Source of the DNA: Polyangiaceae bacterium
GTDB lineage: Bacteria; Myxococcota_A; Polyangia; Polyangiales; Polyangiaceae
Length of the DNA stretch: 64,000 nt
Direction of reading: 5' to 3'
NCBI GenBank assembly: GCA_049512415.1
Contig: JBEKXD010000020.1
Location: 732 to 64,731 of the forward strand
Within the stretch, counting starts at the first letter, position 1. Each line of letters begins with the position of its first letter. A program made the translations under genes and the position numbers. Below are positions 35,402-44,641 of the stretch, one piece after another. The notes under the pieces were generated by a model, which made no database searches, was not told the DNA's origin, and saw only the letters and a list, made by a program, of their open reading frames with translations.

Positions 35402-35584
35402 ATGTTGCCTCCGTTCATCATCGAGCAGATTCGTCGAAGAGAAGAGCAAGAGCGTGCTCGCCATGAGCACCGTCAGCCCTTCCTCGAGGTCCCCGTCGAT
35501 GCCCCGGAGCAGCATGCGCCCAGGGAGCCAGAGGACGATGGGAACCGAGGCGTTGTGATCATAGATCTAGGTCGTCTCGACTGA
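35402..35584 (+). CDS. 60-aa charged small protein of unknown function
   Basis: The ATG is preceded by GGGAGG with a 6-nt spacer. The product is MLPPFIIEQIRRREEQERARHEHRQPFLEVPVDAPEQHAPREPEDDGNRGVVIIDLGRLD. Third-position G/C is weaker than in neighbouring genes, so coding status is uncertain. Confidence 0.45.
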   Translation: MLPPFIIEQIRRREEQERARHEHRQPFLEVPVDAPEQHAPREPEDDGNRGVVIIDLGRLD

Positions 35585-35662
35585 TTCAGTGGCACAGCGG
35601 GGCGGGGGAACGCTCCCACGCTCGAGTTCGCGAAACCGTGTCGAGATGTCGAGAAAGCCTGG

Positions 35663-35719
35663 GTATTTCGGCCGGAACCGAGCGAGGCTGGAGGTGAGGC
35701 GCGCGGAACCTGCTTCCTG
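35663..35719 (+). repeat. 57-nt conserved intergenic element, copy A (second copy at 63392..63448)
   Basis: It matches copy B at 47 of 57 positions in the same orientation: gtatttcggYcgRaaccgagcgagSctggWggYgagKcgcgcggaRccKRctYcctg. It lies 78 nt after the small-ORF stop and 98 nt before the ATG at 35818. Confidence 0.7.
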
Positions 35720-35817
35720 TAGGCATGCGCGCTCGCGGCCGGGATCGCGAAGGGATCGGCCGAAAGACACCGGCCTTCTCGACACTCGCGCTCGCGCTGG
35801 CTAGGCTCGCGGCCCTC

Positions 35818-37524
35818 ATGGCGCTATTTTTGCGCAAATCGCGCGCATTGTTCGGCGCTGCTGCTGTCTGGACACTGGCGTCCGGGTGCTACACCACCGG
35901 CGGGGGCGGAACCGATCCGCCCGCTCAGAGTTTGTATTATCCGGTGGGGCTCGCGGTGTCGCAGCCCGCAGGGCGGTGGCTCGTCGTCGTGAACTCGGAT
36001 TTCGACCTCCAGTACAGCGGGGGGACGCTCCAGACCTTCGACCTCGCAGGCATTCGGCAGGACGCGGTCTACACCATCGCCTACAGGACGAATCCTGCCG
36101 CAGTGAGTTGTTCCGCCACGCCTCCCACGGACGGCTGGCTCGGCCTGGCCTGCGCTCAACCCGCGGATGCGGCTCCCGGAGTCTATTGGGCGGATCCAAG
36201 CCAATATTGGAGGAGCACGCTCATCGTCGGTGCGTTCGCCACGGACCTGCTCGAGCTCTCGGTCCCCGGGTTGAGCCTTGACCCGATTCCGCTGTTCTCG
36301 CCAATCCGCGGAACGACCGCGGTGCTCTCTGCGACGCTCGATCCCGATCCCGATCCCAACGCCGGGGGGGGACTGCTCACGTGTGGCGACGGCAACGTAA
36401 GTCGCTGCGGGGCCGGCAGTTACGTGGGCAGCGATCCGAATGCGCTTTACGACACGCGCCAGGTCGTCTTGTCCGGAGAGCCGTTCGGCATTGCGCAGAC
36501 GCACGACGGAACCGCTTTCCTGGTCACGTCGGAGAGCGACACGACGACATCGGTGTTCGCGACCGACGAGCTGACCGACGTGGGCACCCAAAAGCTAGCG
36601 GACTCGGGCACCCCGATCCCGTCGCTCCAGTTCGTGCTGAGCGGCCTTCCGGCGGCCGGAACCGGGATTGCCGAGATCCCTCACGACCCGGGGACGGCGC
36701 CGACTTGTAGTCCTACGTCGGGCCCGTCATGCGTGCGCCCGGCCTTCCTGGAGACGAATCATAGTACGGCGCAGATCGACCTTCTGCGGTACTACTCCGA
36801 TGACGGGACGGCGTCCGACGGAGGCATTCAGAGCCCCGGTGGGCAGCGAGCGTTCTTGCAGCTCGAGGGAACCCTCGCGCTCACGGCGACGACCGGCAGC
36901 GACGAGCGAGGCATCGTCATCGACGATTCGCCGCGGGCGATCTGCCATGCCGCGGCTCAGGCTGCCGAGGTGGCTTCCGGTTGCGATGCCAACTGCGTGT
37001 CGAACGCGCAAACACAAGACTTTAACTGCGGCTTTCTCCCGGCGAACATGTACGTCGCAAGCCGTACGCCCCCCGCGCTCCTCCTCGGCCAGGTCGGCAA
37101 CCAGTACGACCCTGATGCGCTCTCCATCCAAGGCACAATTCCGCTGCCCGCGGGTCCCTCGAGGGTGTACCGAGCGCCGGTCATCGCTTCGGACGGCACG
37201 TACTCCTTGCGCATCTTCGTGACGTGCTTCGATTCGGACGTCGTCATCATCTATGACCCGGCGACACAACTCTGGGACACGGTCCACGTCGGGCAGGGAC
37301 CGTTTGCGATGACGTTCGACCCGTTTCCGACGACCTGTTGGGGCAAAACCCCTGCGGCGTGCTCGCAGCAGATGACGTACCCCTATCGGTTTGCCTACGT
37401 CGCGAACTTCACGCAATCGTTCCTCGAGGTCATCGACCTGGACAACTCACAACCCACCGCGCAATTGACGTACGAATCCGTCGTCTATGCGATCGGCCAG
37501 CCGACGGCTCCCAAAGGCCAATGA
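35818..37524 (+). CDS. lipoprotein, beta-propeller-like (YVTN/LVIVD-type strand motifs), unknown function
   Basis: MALFLRKSRALFGAAAVWTLASGC has a lipobox. Recurrent strand motifs are WLVVVNSD, AFLVTSE, VVIIYDPAT, FAYVANF and LEVIDLDN. The stop overlaps the next ATG (ATGA at 37521-37524). Confidence 0.75.
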   Translation: MALFLRKSRALFGAAAVWTLASGCYTTGGGGTDPPAQSLYYPVGLAVSQPAGRWLVVVNSDFDLQYSGGTLQTFDLAGIRQDAVYTIAYRTNPAAVSCSATPPTDGWLGLACAQPADAAPGVYWADPSQYWRSTLIVGAFATDLLELSVPGLSLDPIPLFSPIRGTTAVLSATLDPDPDPNAGGGLLTCGDGNVSRCGAGSYVGSDPNALYDTRQVVLSGEPFGIAQTHDGTAFLVTSESDTTTSVFATDELTDVGTQKLADSGTPIPSLQFVLSGLPAAGTGIAEIPHDPGTAPTCSPTSGPSCVRPAFLETNHSTAQIDLLRYYSDDGTASDGGIQSPGGQRAFLQLEGTLALTATTGSDERGIVIDDSPRAICHAAAQAAEVASGCDANCVSNAQTQDFNCGFLPANMYVASRTPPALLLGQVGNQYDPDALSIQGTIPLPAGPSRVYRAPVIASDGTYSLRIFVTCFDSDVVIIYDPATQLWDTVHVGQGPFAMTFDPFPTTCWGKTPAACSQQMTYPYRFAYVANFTQSFLEVIDLDNSQPTAQLTYESVVYAIGQPTAPKGQ

Positions 37525-40500
37525 CCATGAGAATCCGGATTTCCGGGGGGCTCGCAGTCGTTGCGGGCAGCATTGTCTTCATTTCGGCGACGGGCTGCTC
37601 GCAGACGGTCAACCCCGGCGCTCCCCGCACGATGGCGCAGCCGCAGAAACTGGACGTCGTCTGCATAAACGTCAACGGCGCGAACGACCTGCCCATCCTG
37701 CAGCCCGAGCCGGTCCCCGAGGACCTCTGCTCGCCGATCCCGGCGAACACGAGTTCCTCGGCGATGCAGTACCATCTCTTCGCGGTCGTCACTCAGCGCT
37801 TGCGCGGGGAGCTAGCCGTTATCGACGTCACGGCCGCCACAGTCGTCGATGAGGATAGGACCACACCCGGCATCAACTTCATCCCGGTAGGCATCCAGCC
37901 CACCGATGTGGTGGTCGCGCCCGATGGGCGGCTCACGTTCGTCTCGACCGCCGCCGACGGCATGGCCGGCATCGACGTGATCGACAACCGCCACCTTCTC
38001 GGTGACTGGACCGGCACGGGCCAATATCCCATTGGCCTGTCCGACGAGATGGGGTGCTCGCTGCCCGGGTTGCCGATGGCGCTGGCGACGGTGCCTGCCC
38101 CGGCGTCCGCGGATCCCAGCGCATCGACCTACCAGATCGTCGCGCTTCTTGCTGGCTCGGGCGCGTCCCCCGCAACGATCGTGACGATCGACCCGACCCC
38201 CTTCGAAACGGAGCTCACGGAGGACGGCGGTGCGGTGCCCGGAGCGGCGGTTCCAGGCGCGTTTCCTCCTTGTTCTCTGGTCGCGCAGTGGCCCATGACG
38301 TCGTGGACGACGACGGGTCCGCTGACTCCCAGTTCGACTTGGCCCGACGGCGTGCCCTACGCGGACGCCGGGGACATGAGTGACGCCGAACCGATCCTCG
38401 GGCCGACGTGTCCGGGCGGAGTTGCCGCGGATGCCGGTACCGATGCAGGGGCGTCCAGCGGCCAGGCGGCCCAGTCGCTCGCGATTGCGGCGAGCGGGAT
38501 TGTGAAGCCGCCGTCGATGGTGGTTCGCAATGACGACGTGCGCGTGGCGTACGTGGCCGACGGGACGCTTCCGGTCATCCACGTCATCGATCTCACCAAC
38601 CCGGCCAATCCGACCGAACTCCCTCCTCTCCAGGCGACGCGCGTCGCCACACTGACCGCTCCCGCGGAGGTCGTTCCGGTCGGCTGGCTGGCGCTCAGTC
38701 CCCCGACGCGGGACTACAAGCGGTACCTCTACGCGATCGACCAGTCTGACGGCTCCATCATGGTCTACGACGTGACCCAGCCGGACACGACGAAGGTGGA
38801 CGGCTCGATGCGGGTGCCGCTCTTGCGCCCGCATGCGGAGCTCAATCCACTCGTCCCGGCGGACCGCATTAAGTTCTCCGCGCCGGCGGCGTCGGTCGTC
38901 TTCGCGCAACACGACTGGCCGATCCTATCGCCGGCGAATGGTTCGGCCGACACTGTGCACGAATACACGGGTCTTCTGTGCAATCCCAACCCGAACGCAT
39001 ACGACGTCGCCAGCGGGGCAGTCACCGACTTGGGCGCGTACTACCGCTGGGATCAAACCAGCATCGCCCAGGCGCAGCAAGTGATCGCGCCGACATTTCC
39101 CTATCGACTGCGGGGGGTCTTCGGATTCGTCATGTTGTCGAACGGGGAGATGGTCGTCGTGGATGTCGACGACTGGGACGCGCCCTGTCGGCGCCCGGAC
39201 CCGATGTCGTCCGACCCGACCTCGGGGGATGGCGGTTATGGCGTGACCACCGGAATGACCGGACAGCTCGACCTGCCGGAGCCACCTCCAAGCGGTCCCA
39301 CCGACCTCGATCCCTACCACGCGCCGCTCGTCTACCAGGGGGCGGCCTCAGGCACGCCTTTGCCCGACACGACTGGCGTGACGCTCGAAGCGTTCTTCCC
39401 GATGTCCGCGCCTCATCGCGCGCGGTCGTCGGTGGTCCTGACCCCGAACCTCACCGGAGGTTCTCTGATTCCGACAGTCGTCGGTCAACCCCAGCTCTTC
39501 GACGTCAATGGAGCCCCTCTACCGACTTCGGGAGGTGGCGAGATAGGTCAGCACAATCCCCTGATCCTCGCGTCGCCGCTTTCTGCGGGATTCTACGACC
39601 CGACGTACGTGACAAATCCCTCTGAGCCGTACCCTGGCAACCGCCAGGCCCCTCAGCTACCTACCGTGACACCCGAGGCGCTGCCGCCGCCGAGCGTGCG
39701 CATCTCGTTCGACGACCCCACCGTGCACCAGACGCAGGATTGGACCGTTACGTACGAGGGGACGCTGCCGAACACGACGGGAATCTCAGCGGACCTCATT
39801 CTCAACGGCCCCGACTTTTCCACGATGACGTTGAGTGCGCCGGGCGCGGGATTGTGTGAACGAGGCATCGAAGACTGGGATCTCGGTCAAGCTCGTGCCG
39901 CTGAGTATCTTGCGGAGTTGGGGAGGCTGGGCATTCCCGCCGGCGCGAGCGACGCGGGTGCCGACGCGGGTGCCGATGCGGGCGACGCCGGAGGGGGGCC
40001 GTCCTTCGCGCTGTCCGAGATCGGGCAGTGGACGGCGGACTACGTCGAGATCACCGACGACTTGCTCCAGGTCACCGACCCGTATTGGGCCATGAACTCT
40101 CTGAACCCATCCGACGACGCGGGGCTCGACAACGGATGTTGGAACGACCCGGGCTTCGATGACGGTCGCCTCGCCGATACCGATCCTAACGCTCTCGCGA
40201 GCCCGCACGCGACCGATCGATATAATTACTGCTTTGCGACCTTCGACGCAGCGGTCAACGCCGATACGCACCTCGCGCGGGACTTCCCAATCCTCCAGGC
40301 GTTCGATGACTATCTTATCGTCGGGCGCTTCGGTTGGGGCCCGTCCACAGTGGCCCAGGAAGCCGGGGTTCCGGAGATCGCCGAGACGGCCTCCAACCGG
40401 GTCATCGTGGGCGCGACCGCGGACCCGAACAGCGCGCCCTTCCTCAAGCAACTGCGATGCTGCTTTCATCGCCAAGCAGCGTTCAAAGTCCGGACGGGTG

Positions 40501-40997
40501 GCGAATGGGTGACCGTCGGGAGCGAGAACATCGGGCTCTTGCACCACGTGGTGGCGGACCGGAACAACGGGGGCCGGTGCGTGCTGTCGTGCGATCCGCA
40601 GTACGCACTGATGAACGCGCGGGCGTTTGGCGTCCCGTGGCCCGATTCGTCCTGCGCCGCCCCGTCCAACTCGAACGGCGGAGCAGCCCCGCCGCCGGGC
40701 CTCGACCGCAACAGCCCCCTGGCGATGCGCAATCCGATGTTCTCGTTCGTCATGTGGGCCGGCTGTCCGTACGATCACAGCTACGATGCCCGCGACAACG
40801 TCTGGCGATTTTCGGTCTCCCCTGGCTTCTCTCCGCTGCAAGTGACGTTAGGACAGTACGCGACCTCGCCAGCGAGCCCGCAGGCGATGCGGTTCGTCGA
40901 TTCGCTGGGGCAGATCGCAGTCGTCGACGGGTCTCTCCAAGGAGTGGTTTTCTACGACCTCAATACGATCACGCCCGCGAGCGGTCCCTATTACTGA
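37521..40997 (+). CDS. 1158-aa lipoprotein, beta-propeller-like (LVIVD-type repeats), unknown function
   Basis: MTMRIRISGGLAVVAGSIVFISATGC has a lipobox. Motifs include ELAVIDVT, VVVAPDGRLTFVST, VIHVIDLTNPANP, GSIMVYDVTQPD, MVVVDVDDWD and GVVFYDLNT. It is translationally coupled to the upstream gene. Confidence 0.8.
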   Translation: MTMRIRISGGLAVVAGSIVFISATGCSQTVNPGAPRTMAQPQKLDVVCINVNGANDLPILQPEPVPEDLCSPIPANTSSSAMQYHLFAVVTQRLRGELAVIDVTAATVVDEDRTTPGINFIPVGIQPTDVVVAPDGRLTFVSTAADGMAGIDVIDNRHLLGDWTGTGQYPIGLSDEMGCSLPGLPMALATVPAPASADPSASTYQIVALLAGSGASPATIVTIDPTPFETELTEDGGAVPGAAVPGAFPPCSLVAQWPMTSWTTTGPLTPSSTWPDGVPYADAGDMSDAEPILGPTCPGGVAADAGTDAGASSGQAAQSLAIAASGIVKPPSMVVRNDDVRVAYVADGTLPVIHVIDLTNPANPTELPPLQATRVATLTAPAEVVPVGWLALSPPTRDYKRYLYAIDQSDGSIMVYDVTQPDTTKVDGSMRVPLLRPHAELNPLVPADRIKFSAPAASVVFAQHDWPILSPANGSADTVHEYTGLLCNPNPNAYDVASGAVTDLGAYYRWDQTSIAQAQQVIAPTFPYRLRGVFGFVMLSNGEMVVVDVDDWDAPCRRPDPMSSDPTSGDGGYGVTTGMTGQLDLPEPPPSGPTDLDPYHAPLVYQGAASGTPLPDTTGVTLEAFFPMSAPHRARSSVVLTPNLTGGSLIPTVVGQPQLFDVNGAPLPTSGGGEIGQHNPLILASPLSAGFYDPTYVTNPSEPYPGNRQAPQLPTVTPEALPPPSVRISFDDPTVHQTQDWTVTYEGTLPNTTGISADLILNGPDFSTMTLSAPGAGLCERGIEDWDLGQARAAEYLAELGRLGIPAGASDAGADAGADAGDAGGGPSFALSEIGQWTADYVEITDDLLQVTDPYWAMNSLNPSDDAGLDNGCWNDPGFDDGRLADTDPNALASPHATDRYNYCFATFDAAVNADTHLARDFPILQAFDDYLIVGRFGWGPSTVAQEAGVPEIAETASNRVIVGATADPNSAPFLKQLRCCFHRQAAFKVRTGGEWVTVGSENIGLLHHVVADRNNGGRCVLSCDPQYALMNARAFGVPWPDSSCAAPSNSNGGAAPPPGLDRNSPLAMRNPMFSFVMWAGCPYDHSYDARDNVWRFSVSPGFSPLQVTLGQYATSPASPQAMRFVDSLGQIAVVDGSLQGVVFYDLNTITPASGPYY

Positions 40998-41019
40998 AAA
41001 TGGTACGCACCTCCCTCCG

Positions 41020-43653
41020 ATGTCCAAGGCTTCCGAGACGCCGGTCATGCGTCAGTACCTCGCCGCGAAGTCCGCGCATCCCGATGCGCTGCTCTTCTTT
41101 CGCCTCGGCGACTTCTACGAGCTCTTCTTCGACGACGCCGTCGTAGCCGCCCGCGCGCTCGATCTCACCCTGACCGCCCGCAACAAGGGCGCCGAAGACG
41201 AGGTCCCCATGGCGGGCGTGCCGTACCACGCGGCGAGTGGTTACGTGCAAAAGCTGCTCGAACTGGGCCATCGTGTCGCTATCTGCGAGCAGATGGCTGA
41301 CCCGGCCAAGGTGAAAGGCATCGTTCCCCGAGAGGTCGTTCGCGTCGTGAGCCCGGGCGTTGCCTATGACGATGCCGGCCTCGATGCGCGCACCAACCAC
41401 TACCTCGCATCGGTCGAAAGGCCGGCGGAGGCGGGGCCGCTCGGGGTCGCGGCGCTCGACCTGTCGACCGGAGAGCTGCTCGCCTGCGAAGCCCCGGATG
41501 AGCCGACGGCCCTGGCGGAGCTGTTGCGCCTCGAGCCTCGCGAAGTGTTCCTGGGCCCGCTCGCGCACGGCCTCGCCAAGTCGCTCGCGTTGGCCCGTCC
41601 GGCGGTTGCCCTTCGGACGAGCGTGGTCATGGTCGACTCTCCGTCGGCGGTCTTGGACTCACAGCTCGGAGCCGGCGAAGCGTTTGCGTCCTGCCCCTCG
41701 GAAGCGGGGCGCCTCGCCGCCGCACGATGCGTGGTCGCCGCGCGAACGAGCGAAGCAGGCCGCTCTCTTCCCGTCGCTCGCCTCGTCTTCTACGACCTTG
41801 GGGGCACGCTTGCGCTCGACCAAGCGACCCAGGCCAATCTGGAACTCGTACGTGGGATCGACGGCGGCGAGCGGGGGTCGTTGCTCGCCATCCTCGATCT
41901 CACCGAGACCGCTCCCGGGGCGCGGCTTCTCCGGAGGCGCCTGCTCGCTCCTCTCGCACAGGTCGCGGAAATACGGCGCCGCCACGATGCGGTCGAGCTG
42001 TTCGTGACCGAGTCGGCGGTTCGGACCGAGGTGCGCTCCGCGCTGGCGAAGATAGGCGACATCGAACGCCTCGCCGTGAAGATCGCGGTCGCCCGTGCAG
42101 CGCCTCGCGACCTCGTCGCGCTGCGAAGGTCTCTGTCGTCCTTGCCGGCGCTCGGCGCCGCTCTTGCCCGATGTCCGGATGGCGCAGCGCGCAGTGCTCT
42201 CGGCGTCGCCGACGGGGACCCTTGGGTCGACGAGTGCACGGACGTTCGCGAGCGTCTCGAGCACGCCTTGGCGGACGATCCGCCGCCGCGCGCAACCGAC
42301 CCCGGAGTCATTCGAGACGCCTTCGACCGGGAGCTCGACGACGCTCGCGCGCTCATGAAGGGTGGCCAGAATCTGATCGTGGCGCTGGAGTCGCGGCTGC
42401 GCGATGTCTCCGGGATCGCCACCCTCAAGCTTCGCTACACGCGCGTTTTCGGCTGGTACATCGAAGTGACGCGCGCCCAACTCACGAAGGCTCCGGGCGA
42501 GTGGCGACGTAAGCAGACAGTGGCCGGTGGGGAGCGCTTCACCTGCGACGAGCTCGACGACCTCGCAGACAAGCTCGCGCACGCCGAGGAGAGAGCCAGC
42601 GTGCGGGAGTCGCAACTATACGCCCAGCTCGTGACCGAACTCGGGGTTTGCGTCGAGCGGATGCGCGCAGTGGCCGCGCGCCTGGCTGTGTGGGATGTGG
42701 CGGCGGGGCTCGCCGAGGTTGCGCATCGCGAGGACTGGGCCCGCCCGGTCGTGGACGACTCCGAGGATCTCGAGCTCGAGGATTGCCGCCACCCGGTGGT
42801 GGAGAAACTCGCTGCCCATGGACGCTTCGTGCCGAACGACGTGTCGCTCGGAGCTGGGACGGGGCGTCCGCGGCTCTGGCTGGTCACGGGGCCGAACATG
42901 GCGGGCAAGTCGACCTTGATGCGCCAGACTGCGCTGGCCGTGCTCCTGGCGCAAATGGGATCCTTCGTGCCAGCGCGTCGGGCGCGCCTGGGCGTTGTGG
43001 ACCGCGTGCTGACACGCGTCGGCGCGAGCGACAACCTCTCGCGCGGCGAGAGCACGTTCATGGTCGAGATGAAGGAGACCGCGAACGTGCTGCGGCGTGC
43101 CACCCGACGCTCCCTCGTCGTGCTCGACGAGATCGGACGCGGCACGAGCACGTACGACGGACTGGCGATCGCGTGGGCCGTGGCCGAGCACCTCCATGAC
43201 GTCGTAGGGTGCCGAGCGATGTTCGCGACGCACTATCACGAGCTCACCGAGCTCGCCGAATCGCGGGTCGGAACATGCGAAAACTGGAGCGTGAGCGCCC
43301 GTGAGCACAACGGGGATCTCGTCTTCCTCCACAAGCTGCAGCGGGGCGCGGCGTCGCGCAGCTACGGCGTGGCATGCGCCCGGCTCGCCGGTGTTCCCGA
43401 GCCTGTCGTCGCCCGCGCGCGGGGGCTGCTCGATCAGTTCGAACAGGGGGGGGGCCGATCGAGCCGGCCTTCGCCGGCCCACGCTCGTCCCGCGGACCCG
43501 AAGCCACAGCTCGAACTGTTTCACGTCGCTGCGTCGGGTCCGACGAATCATCCCGCGCTCGACACCCTCCGGGCGATCGACCTCGAGCGGGTCACGCCGC
43601 TCGATGCTTTTGCCCTCGTCGTCACGCTAAAGAAAATGGCCGCGGCCCTGTGA
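41020..43653 (+). CDS. mutS: DNA mismatch repair protein MutS
   Basis: PVMRQYLAAKSAHPDALLFFRLGDFYELFFDDA is the mismatch-binding N-terminus. It also has Walker A GPNMAGKST, then STFMVEM and DEIGRGTSTYDG. Confidence 0.95.
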   Translation: MSKASETPVMRQYLAAKSAHPDALLFFRLGDFYELFFDDAVVAARALDLTLTARNKGAEDEVPMAGVPYHAASGYVQKLLELGHRVAICEQMADPAKVKGIVPREVVRVVSPGVAYDDAGLDARTNHYLASVERPAEAGPLGVAALDLSTGELLACEAPDEPTALAELLRLEPREVFLGPLAHGLAKSLALARPAVALRTSVVMVDSPSAVLDSQLGAGEAFASCPSEAGRLAAARCVVAARTSEAGRSLPVARLVFYDLGGTLALDQATQANLELVRGIDGGERGSLLAILDLTETAPGARLLRRRLLAPLAQVAEIRRRHDAVELFVTESAVRTEVRSALAKIGDIERLAVKIAVARAAPRDLVALRRSLSSLPALGAALARCPDGAARSALGVADGDPWVDECTDVRERLEHALADDPPPRATDPGVIRDAFDRELDDARALMKGGQNLIVALESRLRDVSGIATLKLRYTRVFGWYIEVTRAQLTKAPGEWRRKQTVAGGERFTCDELDDLADKLAHAEERASVRESQLYAQLVTELGVCVERMRAVAARLAVWDVAAGLAEVAHREDWARPVVDDSEDLELEDCRHPVVEKLAAHGRFVPNDVSLGAGTGRPRLWLVTGPNMAGKSTLMRQTALAVLLAQMGSFVPARRARLGVVDRVLTRVGASDNLSRGESTFMVEMKETANVLRRATRRSLVVLDEIGRGTSTYDGLAIAWAVAEHLHDVVGCRAMFATHYHELTELAESRVGTCENWSVSAREHNGDLVFLHKLQRGAASRSYGVACARLAGVPEPVVARARGLLDQFEQGGGRSSRPSPAHARPADPKPQLELFHVAASGPTNHPALDTLRAIDLERVTPLDAFALVVTLKKMAAAL

Positions 43654-44591
43654 ACCTCACTTCGTCGCGAGCCTTCCCGTACGCGGTCGTGTCCCTCGCT
43701 GCGTGCACCTGGGGAACGTGGGCCCTGGTCCTTCGATCGGTGGAGGCGCGGTGGTCCATGTCTCCCGCGACCGAAGCCACCATGACGATGGCCGTCATCA
43801 CGATCGTGAGTGGCCTGGCCATGGTGGGCGACCGGACTCACCAGCACGCACCCTGGTCGGCGCGCGCCTGGGTCGTATGCTCTGGGTTCGCGGATGCGCT
43901 GAACGTCCTGCTCTTTTTCGAGGCCTATAGGCGCACCATCGCTGTGTCCGTTCTCACGCACTACTTGATGCCGGTCTTCGTGGCCGCGGCCGCTCCGTTC
44001 GTCCTCCGCGAGAAGCTGACTGCGCGGGCGGCGCTTGCGATCGCGCTCTCGCTCGCGGGTCTCGGCGCAATGGTCGGGCCGTCGATTACGGCGGCGAGCG
44101 GGCACCTTGTGCTCGTCAGCGCTCTGCTCGGAGCGGGTAGCGCAGTCTTTTACGCGACCAACGTGATTGCCAACAAATTCGTCGCTGGATCCTTCTCGAC
44201 GAACGAAACCCTCTTTTGGCACGGGCTTGTCGCGACGCCCTACTTGGCCGCCTTCGTTCCACCCGGCGCTTGGGCTTCTCTCGCCCCACGTGGCGTCGTC
44301 GTCTTCGGAGCGTTGGCGGTGTTCCCCGGTGCGCTGGCCGGCATGGCCTTCCTCTGGGGCCTGAGGCGGGTGCCCGCAGCTCACGCGTCCACCCTCGCGC
44401 TGCTCGAGCCGCTCGTGGCGACGCTGCTCGGCACGATATTCCTAGGCGAGCGCGCCGGGCTCGGTGCGTTCGTAGGTGGACCTCTCATTCTGTCGGGTGC
44501 GGTGCTGGTGTTGGGGCAACCAGCCGTGGCGCCGAGAGGCCGCGCGCTCGAGGGTCGGGGCCATTCCAAAAACTCGGACTCAGCGCGGTAG
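43650..44591 (+). CDS. EamA/DMT-family transporter
   Basis: GTG at 43650 overlaps the mutS TGA (GTGA). The protein has about 10 hydrophobic segments with the two-halves EamA-like organisation. The upstream part of the track ORF lies inside mutS. Confidence 0.65.
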   Translation: MNLTSSRAFPYAVVSLAACTWGTWALVLRSVEARWSMSPATEATMTMAVITIVSGLAMVGDRTHQHAPWSARAWVVCSGFADALNVLLFFEAYRRTIAVSVLTHYLMPVFVAAAAPFVLREKLTARAALAIALSLAGLGAMVGPSITAASGHLVLVSALLGAGSAVFYATNVIANKFVAGSFSTNETLFWHGLVATPYLAAFVPPGAWASLAPRGVVVFGALAVFPGALAGMAFLWGLRRVPAAHASTLALLEPLVATLLGTIFLGERAGLGAFVGGPLILSGAVLVLGQPAVAPRGRALEGRGHSKNSDSAR

Positions 44592-44641
44592 GAAGCGAGG
44601 ATTCGAACCTCCCTCCGGAGCCGCAGGCGTCGTCGCTTGGG

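Noticed and set aside
35590-35606. A second TGGCAC hexamer (gTGGCACagcggGGCG) just after the small ORF, considered as a possible sigma-54 promoter for the lipoprotein genes.
   Set aside because: The -12 region reads GGCG instead of TTGC, so only half of the bipartite motif is present.
44592-44641. A tRNA-like T-arm (gaggattcgaacctc; reverse complement GAGGTTCGAATCCTC followed by GCTTCC) lies between the EamA and J-domain gene stops. I considered a second tRNA, a tRNA-Sec, or an integration-site remnant.
   Set aside because: No complementary 5' acceptor strand (GGAAGC), D-arm or anticodon arm (no TCA) can be found within ~110 nt. The upstream sequence is the coding 3' end of the J-domain ORF. 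It also does not match the 3' end of the nearby tRNA-Phe, so it is not an att duplication. It is most simply a small terminator-like hairpin.
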